This document shows positions 50,225 through 63,621 of a DNA stretch of 64,000 bases, in pieces. The notes below the pieces were generated by a model. The model did no database searches. It was not told where the DNA came from and saw only the letters and a list, made by a program, of their open reading frames with translations. Position numbers and translations under genes: made by a program. Origin of the DNA: Lama glama. Lineage: Eukaryota. The DNA lies in the NCBI GenBank assembly GCA_028534125.1, contig CM052817.1, positions 33,730,001 through 33,794,000 on the forward strand, in the 5' to 3' direction. Position 1 is the first letter of the stretch; each line of letters begins with the position of its first letter.

Positions 50225-51135
50225 TCATTCATCCATTTATTCATTCAACTGACATCTATTTAAGACCTTTAATATGCCAGTAACATGGACATAGTAGGGA
50301 AGAAGACTTATGATGCATAGGGGGAGATGGATGTTTAGCAAATAATTATACAATCTAAAATAGTTGATTTAAATTTTCAATGTCAGCTCTGAAGAGAAGT
50401 TACAGGGTGCATTATAGGGAAATCTGACCTAATCTGGCAATCATGGAAGGATACTCTGAGGAGGCAACATGTTAGTTGAATAGTTGTTTGGGCCAGATTG
50501 GTAGAGAAGAATTTTTAAGCAGAGGAAACAATGCATTATGCTCCTTCTTGGCCCCTTTTGCAACTGGCATTATGTAGCCATTTATTTGATTACTTGTCTA
50601 CAATTATGTCTCCCCATCTAGACTGTCTTCCCCAAGAGATTGGGAGTTGCCTTGGTCTTGGTCACTGTAGCACCTTCAGTGTCCAGCCCAGTGCCTGACA
50701 CGTATCAGGTGCTTGGAAAAAACTTATTGGTTATAAAAATGTATAACATGTATAACATATAAAGCTCAGAAGTGGGAAGGAATTCAGAGCATTTGAGAAT
50801 CTGAAAGGAGGCTGGTGTGGGAAAGTGTAGAGTAAGGGATGGAGAGGTTCAAAATAGGGATATAGAAGTTATTCTAGGCCCTAGGGACTATGTGAAGGAT
50901 TTGGGGAATCTGTCCTTAAACCAATGGGAAACTATAGAAAAGTATTAAGTTAGGAAGCGATGAAATCAGATTTGGATTTTTAAAATATTTTCCTGGTTGC
51001 TGTATGAGGAGTAGATTGGAAGGGAGCAAGGGTGGATACGGCAAGGTCAATTAGGATGCTTATGTAGTGGTTCAGGTGAAACATGATGGTGTCTTGGACT
51101 ATGGAGATGGAAAGAGAAGTGAATGGATACAAGAG
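50225..51135 (-). mobile_element. LINE-2 fragments
   Basis: TCATTCATCCATTTATTCATTCAAC start; purine-rich L2 body; opposite-strand L2 end at about 50560-50730. Confidence 0.75.
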
Positions 51136-51625
51136 ATCAACTAGAAAGACAAATATCCTAATTGAAAATGGTCAAGAGATCTGAATAGACTCGTCTTCAA
51201 AGAAAATATGCAAATGGCCAAAAAGCACATGAAAAGATGTTCAACATCATTAGCCATCAGGGATATGCAAATCAAAACTACAATGAGATACCCCTTCACA
51301 ACCACTGGGATGGCTAGAGTGAAAAACAGAAATAATAATAAATGTTCATGATTATATGGAGAAATTAGAACTCTCAGACACTGCTGATTAGAGTGTAATA
51401 TGGTATAGCCACTTTGGAAAGCAGTCTGGCAGTTCCTCAAAAGGTTAAATTTAGAGTTCAGTATTACCCAGAAATTCCAATCCTAGGTACAAAATCAGGA
51501 AAAATGAAAAAATATCCACACAAAAAGTTGTACACACCTGTTCATAACTGCATTATTCATAATAACCAAAAGTGGTACCACCCAAATGTCCATCAACTGA
51601 TGAACAGATAAGTAAAATATGGGGA
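51136..51625 (+). mobile_element. Old L1 ORF2 C-terminal fragment
   Basis: AAGCACATGAAAAGATGTTCAACATCATTAGCCATCAGGGA.ATGCAAATCAAAAC. Confidence 0.9.
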
Positions 51626-51769
51626 GTGATTACCATAGTGGACTGTTTTGTTTTGTTTGTTTGTTTTTACCATATTCCCCCCAAAGAACATTGATTTAAG
51701 TAGTCACCTACAGGTGAGAGAGAACTTTGTGGAAATTCAGGATTCCAGTGAAGAAGTTCCAGCACACCA

Positions 51770-54700
51770 GGATGTGAGGATGGTTCAATACTCACAAATC
51801 ATATGAAAGATAAAAATCATACAATCATCTCAATAGATGCAGAAAAGGCATTTGAAAAATTCAACATTATTTCATGTTAAAACTTCACATGGTGACTATA
51901 GTTAAAAAAACTGTATTGCATATTTGAAAGTTGTTAAGAGATTAAATCTTAAAAGTTCTCATCTCAAGAAAAAAAAATTGTAGCTATGTATGGTGATAGA
52001 TGTTAACTAAACTTATTGTGGTGACTATTTCACAATATATAATATATGTATTCACCTGAAACCAATAAAATGTTATATGTCAATTTTATCTCAACGCCCC
52101 CCACCTTAAAATTGGGTATTGAAGGAACATACCTGAACATTATAAAGTCCATATATGACAAACTCACAGCTAACACCTTATTCAACAGTGAACGGTTGAA
52201 AGCTTTCTCTTTAAGATCAAGGACAAGACAAGGGTCCCATTCTCATCACTCCTTTCAGTTTAGTACTGGAAGCCCTAACCAAAGTTATTAGGCAAGAGAA
52301 AGTAATAGAGGGCATCCAAATTGGAAAGAAAGAAGTAAAATTGTCTCTATTTTCAGATGGTATGATCTTGTAGATAGAAAATCATAAAGATTCCCCAAAC
52401 ACTGAAAAAAAAAAACCCTGTTAGAATTAATAAATTCAATAAAGTTGCAGGTTACAAAATTAACATACAATAATCAGCTGCATTACTATATACTAACAAT
52501 GAAATATCTTAAAAAGAAATAAAGAAAATAATTCTAATTATGATAGCTTCAAGAAAAATAAAAAAACTTAGGAATAAATTTAAACAAGGGGATGAAAGAT
52601 CTCTACACTGATACAATACAACTTTGATGAAAGAAATTGAAGATGACAAGATTAAATGGAAAGATATCCCATTTTCATGAATCAGAAGAATCAATATTTT
52701 AAAATGTCCACACTACCCAAAGCTATCTACAGATTCAGTCAAATCCTTATCAAAGTTCTAATGGCATTTTTTACATAAATAGAAAAAGCAATCCTAAAAT
52801 TCAGGTGGAACCACAGAAGATCCTGAAGAGCAAAAGCAATCCTGAGGAAGAGGAACAAAGCTGGGGACAATACATTTCCTGATCTCAAATTATATTTCAA
52901 AGCTATACTAATCAAAGCAGCATGGTATTGGCTTAAAAATAGACATATAAGCCAATGCAACAGAATTGAGAGCCCAGAAATAAACCCATGCGAATATGGT
53001 CAACTAATATTTGACAAGGGAGTCAAGCATCCTCAATGGGAAGGGATAGTCTTGTCAACAAATAATGTTTAGAAAACTGGATATCTTCATGCAAAAGAAA
53101 GAAATCAAACCCCTATCCTACCACTCACAAAAATTCACACCAAATGAATTAAAGTCTTAAATTCAAGAATTATAACTGTTCAAATGGCGATTATTTGGGG
53201 ATATGATACCAAAAGCTCAAGCAACAAAAGCAGAAATCAGCAAGTGGGATTATATCAAGCTAAAAAAAAGCTTCTGCTCAATAAGAGAAACAATCAAAAA
53301 ATGACAAATGCTGGAGAGGCTGTGGAGAAAAGGGAACCCTCCTACACTGCTGGTGGGAATGCAGTTTGGTGCAGCCACTGTGGAAAACAGTATGGAGATT
53401 CCTCAAAAGACTAGGAATAAACTTACCATATGACCCAGGAATCCAGCTCCTGGGCATATATCCAGAAGGAACCCTACTTCAGGATGACACCTGCACCCCA
53501 ATGTTCATAGCAGCACTGTTTACAATAGCCAAGACATACAAACAGCCTAAATGTCCATCAACAGATGGCTGGATAAAGAAGCTGTGGTATATTCATACAA
53601 TGGAATACTACTCAGCCATAAAAACCGACAACGTAACGCCATTTGCAGCAACAAGGATGTCCCTGGAGAATGTCATTCTAAGTGAAGTAAGCCAGAAAGA
53701 GAAAGATACCGTATGAGATCTCTTACATGTGGAATCTGAAAAAAAAATAAAAAAACATAAATACAAAACAGAAACAGACTCATAGACATAGAATACAAAC
53801 TTGTGGTTGCCAAGAGGGTGGGGGGTGGGAAGGGACAGACTGGGATTTCAAATTTTGTAGATACTGACAGGCATATGCAGAATAGATAAACAAGATTATA
53901 CTGTATGGCACAGGGAAATATATACAAGATCTTGTGGTAGCTCACAGTGAAAAAAAAATGACAATGAATATATGTATGTTCATGTATAACTGAAATATTG
54001 TGCTCTACACTGGAATTTGGTGCAACGTTGTAAAATGACTATAACTCAATAAAAAAATTTTAGAAAAAAAGAGAAACAATCAACAAAATGAGACAACCTG
54101 CAGAATGAGAGAAAAATATTTGCAAACCATCCATCTGATAAAGGGTTAATGTCCAAAAATATAAAGAACTTATACAACTTAATAGCAAAAAATCAAATAA
54201 CCCGATTAAAAAACGGGCAGACGACATGAATAGACATTTTTCCAAAGAAGATATATAAATGTGCAATAGATACATGAAAAGATGCTCAACATCACTAATC
54301 ATCAGGGAAATACAAATCAAAATCAAAATGAGATATCACCTCACACCTGTTTTAATGACTATCATCAAAAAAGATAAGAGATAATAAGTCTTGACCAGGT
54401 TGTGGAGATAAGGGAACACTTGTGCCCTGTTATTTGGAATGTAATTGGCCTAGCCACTATGGGAATAGTATGAAGTTTTCCTCAAAAATTAAAAATAGAA
54501 CTACTATATCATCCAGGAATCCTACTTCTGGATATATACCCAGGGAAATGAAATCACTGTCTGAAAGAGTTATCAGCATCCCCAGGTTCATTGCAGCATT
54601 AATCACAGTAGCCAAGGTATGGAAATAATCTAAGTGTTCACTGACAGATGAATTTATAAGGAAATGTGGTACCTAGATGTATATGTGGAATACTAAAAGA

Positions 54701-54812
54701 AGAAAACCTGCTATTTTGGCAGCATGGGTGATGCTTGAGGGCATTCTGCTAAGTGAAATAAGTCAGATTGAGAAAGACAGGTACAATATGATCTCACCTA
54801 CATGTAGAATTT
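51770..54812 (+). mobile_element. LINE-1 ORF2 (RT to 3' end), decayed, with nested L1 pieces
   Basis: ISIDAEKAF-encoding ATCTCAATAGATGCAGAAAAGGCATTTGA; KLGIEGTYLNIIKSIYDKLTAN; nested L1MA 3' end at about 51890-52095. Confidence 0.95.
53298..54068 (+). mobile_element. Younger L1 3' end nested in older L1
   Basis: 15-bp perfect TSD AAGAGAAACAATCAA 53283-53297 / 54069-54083; [38 protein letters not shown]. Confidence 0.95.
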
Positions 54813-57733
54813 TCTAAAAGAGAAAATGACAACACAAGAGAAGGGCACAGGAAGCAGAGATGGGAAAACACAGAAGAGAAAATATAAGTAATAAATCTGA
54901 TTGCTTTGAAAGTTGTATCTAAGAGCCCCAGGAAAGTGTTTCCTCACGTGGAACCTGTAGTTTGGGCACAGGAGGTTGAGGAAATCCCATTAGTAGCTAC
55001 AGTTGGGTTATTTAAGCAACCATCCATGGAGGGGAACAATTCTGAGCTTTCCTGGAAGCACTTCAACTTTCAAGACTCTCTTATCTGCCGTGTCATTAGG
55101 GGAACCAGCATGGCAGCCATTAGATTAACGTAATAGACTTTTATATCGCATTTATCAACATCCATATGGCAGCGATACCGTGCAGAAATGCCAGCAGGGG
55201 ATGTACAAAGTGTGTAACCAGTGAGAGGGAGATCAGTGGGAAGCACAGGGAGTTGAAGGCTCTGGATATGTGTCAAATAATAATAGCTTCCCTCAGGGTC
55301 CCCATGACATGGCAGATGAGAGGGTCTTTAAAGTTTAACTGCCCCGACTGGAGAGGCTAGCTGGAATCATTCCCCGGGCGAACAATCAGAGAACGGACAA
55401 AAACACTCTTAGGCAGGCTGACGGATTAAGGAGAAAAGTCTGTCTATGAGTGGCATATGTGATAGGTTTGCGATGGTTAATCCCTTTTCTGTCCTGAGGC
55501 TTGGGGATGCTCTGTGATGTCCCCATGACTTGAGAGAGGGAAGAGTTAGGGGTCCCTGAAAGTGGAGCAGCAGGAATTGATTGTGCAAGTCAGCCCACGT
55601 CTCGAGGAGTAAGTGTCAGACTCGAGGGTGAGTTATCAGCAGATCACACTTGACGATAGACCCAGGGCACATTCTCGACAGCTTTATTGGTGGTAAAGGT
55701 GATATTTTGATCTCTGTCTGCGCAGCGGAGGTAATTATCTGAACATGGTTGGAGAGCATGGGTGTTATTTCTCGGGCTCCCTAAAGCTCTATGATCTGTT
55801 GCTTAACCTGGAGCCATGAGACATCGACAAAGTGGAGCATTTGGACAGCAAAGTAACAGGTGGAAAGTGAGACTTCTGAAGTTGTCTTGCTCCGGGTAGC
55901 TGTAAGCCTTAGGCTTAGTTAAGTGGGATTTCTACCTGCGGGGGCCATTGCTCCTGTGAAAACTGTTCACAGGGGTGACTGGTTTTGTTCTGTTGTGGGT
56001 CTGAGTGAACATGTACTTTTTCAGTCTCAGGGTACTGAGCGCTGCCAGTTGACTTGAAGCTTTGCACGCACTGCTTGGTATAGACACTGGTTTGTGGGCA
56101 AGGCTGTGTCAAAGATTAGATCATTTTAAGCATGAGCAAGCAGAGCAATATTTGCTGCCTTTGTTGTGTTTCTCAGCTGTGTCTGCAGGCAGAGACTTCA
56201 AACAAATAACAACAACAACAAAAAAAGATGAGAAAAAAGCTAAGATTCACGCATGCTACGGAACTCTAATGTATGAGGTAATGGCTTAAATTGTTAATGT
56301 CAGATCAGACCTAGGAGACAGTGTGGCACAAGCACCCCCAAATCTGCTAACTGCCTTCAAGGCCCCAGGAGGCAACTTGAGATGTTACCCAAACTATCAG
56401 ACTTGTCTATTGGTTCTTAACATGTGGCTTCATACTGACTCTGGATTTGTTGATTATATATGCTCTGATCATGGCTTTAGATGGTTTCACCACAAGGGTG
56501 GTGCGCTTTTGATAAACAGACCAAAAAAAAAAAAAGGAAGGGAAAAAGAATAAGAACTTCTATTATAAAGAAAATGTGTCATCTTCTTGAGATGAGGCAG
56601 AGAAACAAATCAAACTATTACACACCCAAAGTTCAAGATACAATTAACAGGACCCATTCCTGGAACTTTCTGTGGCTAGAAATCAGATTGCTCTGGAAAT
56701 TAAAGAGGAACTAGAGTGGCATGAAAAATATGCTTCCTTTCTCCCACCAGGATAGGCATATAGAAAGAATGAAAGTGAAATACAGGAAAGCAGCCTGACA
56801 GAGCTGGAGGAAGAGAACGTTTTCCTTAGAAGAAAGGGTAATGTATTTCAGACATGGAAAGGAAGAAAATCTAGAAGCCTGAGATTGAGAAACAGGAACA
56901 GGAGGTGCATACAGATGTAATGATCCTTAACAAGGGAGTTAGGAAGGAGATGTTTTAGTTGTCATAAGATCTGAAGAGATGGATTGGGGATCAATGAAAT
57001 CTGCCATATGAAAAGAGGCAAGTGGGCACCAATGATTCATATAAAGTATGCAGGTTTCGCCTGTTCCCTGGGGATTCCTGACCAGTACATTTATAGAATG
57101 ACCACACTAAGGAAGACCTAGCAAAGATAAGACTTACCCAGGGAAGGCAGACAAGCCTGGGTTAGAAGACTCTGAGTTTCCAAGGAAACAATGAAGTGGT
57201 TCCCTTTCCCACCCCTAATGTGGCACAAAAAGCACGTGGAAAAACCCCAAATTCTTTATTTTCTAATTGTCTTACAAAGTCCACTTTTTTTTTTTTGCCA
57301 ATCTCCATCCTTCCTTTCTGCAAAAGTGATTAAGAAAACTCTCATTTCTTGTGTAGGCTGTCTTGTGGAAAGTATATACCCTCTGGCTAGGTTATTTTAA
57401 TTTTGACTAAACTGAGAAGACTGGAAACTTGGAAGGAGATCGGTATACCTCCAGGTGCCCACTCCAAACACTTGTTCCTCACTTGTAAATCTAGGAGAAA
57501 GTATGCTCTCTACCCCAACAAGTGTACGTGCTGCCCACAGCCCCTCCCCAACTCAGTCTTAGAATAGGTGGGAGATTCTAGTCAGGTCCTGCAAAGGTGA
57601 TGCTCTTTGTCACAAATGCCACACCCCAGACTGTGTGCTCTTTCTGTCCTGCTCTGCGACAGGGTGATTGCTCTGATAAAAAAAAAGCTTTTCTGGACCC
57701 AGTACATCCAGAGGATCCCCCAGCACTGGGTTG

Positions 57734-58080
57734 TTGCTATGACAAAATTGTGTCTCCCCAAATTCATATATTGAAGCCTTAACCCCCAATGTGATGGTAT
57801 CTGGAGATGGAGTCTTCGTAAGATAATTAGATTTAGATGAGGTCTTGAGGCTGGGGCCCTCATGATGGGATGAGTGTTCTTATAAAAAGAGGAAGAGACA
57901 GCAGAGCTCATTGTCTATCCTGCCATGCGCAAGCCAGGAGGAGAGCCTGCACCAGAACCCAGCAAGACTGGTGCTCTGATCTCTAACTTCCAGCCCCTAG
58001 AACTGTAAGAAAATACATTTCTGCTGTTTAACCCATCAAGTCTTTGGCACTTTGCTGTGGCAGCTCTTGAAATCTAATGT
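57734..58080 (+). mobile_element. MaLR LTR (MLT1A/B-like)
   Basis: TGTGTCTCCCCAAATTCATATATTGAAGCCTTAACCCCCAATGTGATGGTAT..GGGGCCCTCATGATGGGAT. Confidence 0.9.
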
Positions 58081-58097
58081 GGTCCCTCGTCCAAGTA

Positions 58098-58270
58098 CAG
58101 TTGTCCCTTGAACAGCACAAGTTTGAACCATGCAGATTTTGTCAATAGTAAATACTTTAGTCCTATATGACCCATGGGATGAATTCAGGGGGCCTCCTGT
58201 GAGTTACACTCAGATTTTTAACTGTGTGGAGGATTCGTGCCCCAACCCTGAGTTGTTCAAAGGTCAACGG
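58098..58270 (+). mobile_element. Tigger2/MER8-type MITE
   Basis: TA-CAGTTGTCCCTTGAACAGCA ... GTTGTTCAAAGGTCAACGG-TA (TIRs and TA TSD). Confidence 0.9.
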
Positions 58271-58419
58271 TACTTCTGAAGCCCAAGCACATTCCTGCCC
58301 TTGGAGTTTATGAGACAACATATTATCCTGATGAATTCCTGTTTTATCTCAAGCTATATTTGATTTGAGTTCCTATCGCTTACAACCAGAGGAGGCCTGA
58401 TTAACCCCATACTGATAAA

Positions 58420-59460
58420 GAAGTAGGATTCAGCCAGTAAAGGAAGGAGAGAAAATACATTCTGAAAGTACAAAGGCACAGAAAACCAAGGATGGCTGGA
58501 GTGGAGGCTTGAGGGGCAGACAGGAGCCAGGTCACAGAAGGTCTTAAACGCTGTAGCATGAGACCTGGGGTAGGGAGGTATTGAAATAATCTAAGTAGGG
58601 AAGTGAAATGATCATGCTCAGATTTTTGAAAAATAACTGGCCCTAGGAGGATGTGGATTGGGAGGAAGTAAGTTAGAATGCAGGACGGGATTCTACAAGA
58701 GAAATGATGATGCCTGAACTAAGAGTTTAACCATGGGGAGATGCCCAGATGCAAGGGCACTTTTTAGAAGGCAAAGTTGACCAGTCTTGGTGACCAGTTA
58801 GTGCTCAGAGCTGAGAGGGAGGGAGAAATCGAGGGCAACTTCCACGTGTCTTGGGCAGGTGACTGAACAAATGATGTTGCCTATTGTAGGGACAGAAGAT
58901 ACAGACTGAGGGCAGGTTGGAGAGGCGGATAAGATGGGCTCAGTTTGGCACATGTACATTCAGGAAGGCACTGGGGGCTTTTGCTAAGATGGTGTTCAGT
59001 ATGACATATGGGGCTGCAGCTGTGGAAAAGTCCAGGCTTGGGGGTTACTATGGGCACATTGAGACTGTCCAGAGGGAGGAGGGAGGAGACCAGAAATGAG
59101 AAAGAGGACCCTTAGATGAGACAGGGAAGGAGTGGCCCAGGGAGGAGGAAAAACAGGAAACAGAGGTGTCAATGGAGAGGTCTTATTCATGAGTGTCAAG
59201 GGCAGCAAGGGATCAAGCCAAATGAAGATGGAGGGGTTTTCATTGGCTGTCAGAGGGTCACTGGTGATCTTGGAGAGATAGACCCCATTCAAAGAGCACA
59301 GAGGAGTAAGATAGTGGGGGTCCAAGTGGTTATGGGTTGAGGAATAAACAGGGGAGAGGGATCTTGGGGTGAGACAATGGCGAGTGAATGTGTGGACTGC
59401 TCCTTTGAGAAATTTGGTTGTCAAGGAAAGAAGGAGATAGGGGCTGGAAGGGTGTTCATG
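58420..59460 (-). mobile_element. LINE-2 fragment
   Basis: GGAAGTGAAATGATCATGCTCAGATTTTTGAAAAATAACT; GAGGGTCACTGGTGATCTTGGAGAGA. Confidence 0.7.
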
Positions 59461-60629
59461 TGCTGAAAGAACATTTGTTTACTTGTTTGTTTAACAAAAA
59501 GGATTTCAGCATATTTTTGTACCGAGAGGATAAAATTTACATAGAGAATTCAACTGCAAGAGGAAGAAGATGATTGATATGGTCATTTGTAAATAATTAT
59601 TGAGCACTTACTAAGTGCCATGCAGTTGGTGAACATAACAGCCAGGGTCTTGAGGCTCCTATGTTCTAGCAGCTCAAGGTCATGGGGGTGGAGGAGTGAA
59701 TGGCAGAGGACGTGGGGGGAAAGGTGAAGATTGTCCAAGGGGAGGAATTCCAAGTTCACGGAGGCAGGAAGGAAGAAGGAGATAATGAATGCGGATACAG
59801 GTAACTTCATTGATACAGGAGCAGGAAGCTGATGGTGCCTCCACACTTTTGTAAAGTAGGTAGTGAAGTTATCTGTTGCACAGAGGAGAGGAATGTGGGG
59901 AGCAAAGTTTGAGAAAGGTAGACTTGGAATTCTTAATCGATGTGGGGTCAGGAGCTGACTAAATAGACCCAGATGCCTAAAGAGACATGTGAAATATTAA
60001 GGGTTTGACTGAAACCAAAGACTGTAAATGTATAATGTCCCAAATCCATGATGTTCGATTTTCTCCAGCAGAGTCTCGCTACCTGGGACAGGCTCTTCGG
60101 AAGGTGGGCCAAGGACTGGCTGTGCGTTTGTGTTATTACTAAGTTCATTCACTTTAATCACCACATCGATGGCTTGATGGTAGATGCCTAGAACTTGGCA
60201 TTGAAGATCTGGTGACCAAGCCCAGGCTTCAGGGAAGGGAGTACTGTGATGATTTAGCAACGCCTCCGGGGCGCTGGATTATGGAGACAAAAGGGCCATA
60301 TTTATGCCGACTCTGAGCCAAATGACCCCAAAGCTCATCCAGCTGAAACACTACAATGCGTGTATTAGGGCCACTGAAGACATTGACGCCCTGTGGGCTT
60401 ACTCTTACCGGGTGGCTCAGGTAGTATTTTGAGATACTGATCAATAGGTTTGTTTTTTCTCTCCCTTCCCTTTTTCTTTCTGCCTGTGCTTGAGGCATGT
60501 GTGTTTCAGTAGGAGAGCAGATAGCAAGCAAATCTTTCTGTCCTTGTTTTCCAAAAACCTAAACTCCTGAGGTGAGTGGATTAGGCTGTAGAGACAGTGT
60601 TTCGGCCAGAAGAAAGGGTGAATCTGGAC

Positions 60630-61098
60630 ATATTGGCTTCCTAGGACCGCCATAACAAAGTCCCCAAACCCGAGCGGTTTGAAACAGTAAACATTTCCTG
60701 TCTCACAGTTCCAGAGGCTAGGAGTCCAAAATTAAGGTGTCAGCAGGGCCACGCTCTCCCTGATGGCTCTAGGGAGGAACCCTTCCTCCCCTCTCCCAGC
60801 TTCTGGTGTTGGCTGGCAGTGCTTGGAATTCCTTAGCCTACAGACACCCCAGTCTCATGACTGTCTCCTACCTGCGTGTCTTCACGTGGTCCTCACACTG
60901 TGCCTGTCCATCTCTACATCCAAATACCCTCTTCTGGTAAGAACACCCATCAAATGGGACTAGAGCCCACCTTAATGATCCAATTTTAACTTCATTCCTT
61001 CTGTAAAGACACTATTTCTAAATAAGGTAACATTCCGAGGTACTTGGGGTTAGGATTTCCACATGTATTTTTGGGAGGAACACCATTCAACCCAAAAC
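60630..61098 (-). mobile_element. MaLR LTR (MLT1C-like)
   Basis: TCTCACAGTTCCAGAGGCTAGGAGTCCAAAATTAAGGTGTCAGCAGGGCCA; TATTTCTAAATAAGGTAACATTC.GAGGTACT. Confidence 0.9.
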
Positions 61099-61611
61099 AC
61101 TGGACTTTCTCTCCATCTGCTCCGGATCAACTTGCTTCCTGGCATAGTGGAAGGGGTGGCAGTAAGATCCAAGGGAGAAAGGCCTCAGTGATGGGTATCC
61201 AGTTAGAAAGACCATGGGCCACCCAGGCCCTGGGTGACCATGTCAACAGGGCCACCTTCATGCCTATCTGTGTGAACTGAGATGCCTTCTCTACGGACCC
61301 CCCAGATGCCCTGACACCCTGGAACACATACGTGGTGGAGGGAGCTTATCTCACAAAGAAATCAGGTTTATTATTTAAAATTATGAGAGATCATTTAAAA
61401 TGTTATGTTTCTTGTGTAGTTAAGCATGTGAACCAAGATTTACGCCCACTACACCTGTCATTGATGCCCCCCCAACCCCCAGCAGAGCTGTCATTAAGGC
61501 TTGTACCTCTTTTCACCCAGGCTCTCAACAAGGCAGATACTGACCTTGCCAGCAGTTATGTTTTCTAGGAAATGTTTATCACTGACTACTTGCTTTTTCT
61601 CTCCCCTACAG

Positions 61612-61652
61612 ATTTTTCTGTTCAATACAGCTAGAATCGATATTGGTGAACG
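61612..61652 (+). other. Candidate 41-nt internal exon (gene unknown, possibly non-coding)
   Basis: CTGAC branch point 61582-61586, pyrimidine tract, TACAG acceptor, donor ACG|GTAAAT. Confidence 0.35.
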
Positions 61653-62239
61653 GTAAATGCTACATGAAAAAGAAAACTATTGCATTTTTAAAAGAAACAG
61701 ATAGTGAACCCTGGAAAATAATCTGCCTGGTCACTTCTTCTTTTTCTTTCTCTTCTTGTCCCTCTCTTTTCAAAGAATAAAATCTCTGTTATTTGATACG
61801 TATTATAGACAGAATCCAAAGGAAAAAAAGATCTATGGAAAAGAAGATGATTTCATCATTCAAGAAGGAATTGTGTTAGAGCTGGAAAGCATGCAGTAAT
61901 TTTCTAGAGTAAAAAGCAATTTCCCTCAAACATAAGTCATAACTTTTTATCCTGTTCATGGTTTGGCAGCTTCCACATTTCCCCAGGAAAATAACCCCCC
62001 ATTTCCTGACCTTGCTTTGAAAGTTAGATTTGGGAAACCTGCCACAAAGCTCACCCAGAGTCATTGATTTCCAGGAGGAAGTCTCATCCTGTGACAGATC
62101 AACAGCTGGGGGTGCCCCAGGCCCTGGTCTCACCCCCTTTTATATCTAATCGGCTGTGTGATCTCAGAGGGAAAATAAACTTAGGGCTTCCATTTTGCTT
62201 ATCTTATTAGAAAACGCAGTTTAAAAAAAATCAAGCATG

Positions 62240-62700
62240 CATTCTTCAATCATTTTTTAAAATCAAATACCGAGTGCCTACCATGAGACAGGCAGGAGGG
62301 ACACAGTGAGGAGGATGGAATTCCCCATCTGGGAAGACAGGCATATGTGTTAAGCAGAAACCTAGATAAATGCTAAGAAAGGAGGTACCAGGTGTTATAT
62401 AAACGAGTAAAAGGGAAATTTGAGCTGGTCTGGGATCCAGGGAAAGATTCTAAGGAAGGAGTTGTGATATGTAGACAAGTAGGAGTTAACCAAGCGAAGG
62501 CATAGGGAGTGAGCATTTCAGGCAGAGAGTCTAGCATATGCAAGACTGTGATGTGGGAGGGAACACAGTGTACGCAAAAGACTGAAAGACGGGTGCAGAG
62601 TGGTGTGATGAGGCTGGAAAGTAGACAGAGCCAGTGAGTGCACACTCAGGGCCTTCCAGGCCGTGATAAAGACTTGGTCTTTATCCCAAAGGGAAGAATG
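62240..62700 (-). mobile_element. LINE-2 3' fragment
   Basis: TACCGAGTGCCTACCATG; GAGCATTTCAGGCAGAG..AGCATATGCAAG. Confidence 0.7.
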
Positions 62701-63254
62701 GGAAGCGTGTGTATGTTTGTGTGTGTGTATGTGTGTGTGTGTGTGAGATATCACCCAACCACGTCATCCCTCAGGTGACAGGCACCATAAAAAGTGAGTC
62801 TCTAAAATTCTTTGAGATTCTAATTTTAAGAACGGTTTTTGGTCTATGAGATCCTTGGGTGTGTCACTTAGGTCCCCATCCACCTGCAGAGGACCAAGAC
62901 TGAGCTGTAATCAGTATGTGAGCCCTCTGCTGCTATAAGCTTGCCTCTACCGGATGATACTGTTTTTATTAAAATACAGATGAGTAGATAATCATATAGC
63001 TCATCTGCAAAGATGCACATCAAAATGTTATTTTTGGGTTATGGGATTTGTCGGTGACTTTCAATTTTCTTTTTTAGTACATTTTATATTCTCCAAGGCT
63101 TGGAGAGTTATTTTTCAAAGAGCTTCCTAAAAATACAATGGAAAGTAGGTGTGTGTCAGAGTCACATACAAGTCACCAGGCACACAGAACCTTTCTGTTT
63201 GGGAATTGAGAAGGATGAGATCAAGTTACTATAAGGAATACAAAGTAAGAAAGG

Positions 63255-63621
63255 TGCTATGGACTGAATTGTGTCCCCTCAAATTCCTGTGTTGAAGCTC
63301 TAACCTCCAGAGTGGCTGTATTTGGAGTAAGGAGGTAATTAAGGTTAAATGAGGATACAAAGGTCCCTGATCTCATAGGATTAGTGTCCCTACAGGAGCA
63401 GACACCAGAGAGCTTACTGTCACTCTGCCATGTGAAGTCACAGCAAAGATGGTGGCCGTCTACAAAGCTTCCATCTACAAGGAGGCTGGCTCTTCCTAGA
63501 AACTGAATCTCCATACATCCTGACCTTGGACTTCTCAGCCTCCAGAATTTCAAGAAGTAAATGTTGTTTAAGCCATCCAGCCTAGGGCACTTTGTTATGG
63601 CAGCCCAAAATGATTGCGACA
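63255..63621 (+). mobile_element. MaLR LTR (MLT1A-like)
   Basis: TGCTATGGACTGAATTGTGTCCCCTCAAATTC ... TTTGTTATGGCAGCCC. Confidence 0.9.

Noticed and set aside
51770..54812. L1 ORF2 as an active or domesticated gene
   Set aside because: Many stops, frameshifts, deletions and nested insertions; no ORF1 or 5'UTR
57139..57317. Minus-strand acceptor and GTAAGT donor pair
   Set aside because: Contains an A12 run and an in-frame stop in the longest frame; likely a pseudo-exon
60255..60420. Open frame MPTLSQMTPKLIQLKHYNACIRATEDIDALWAYSYRVAQ ending at CAG|GTAGTA
   Set aside because: Weak donor, no pyrimidine-rich acceptor, no recognised homology
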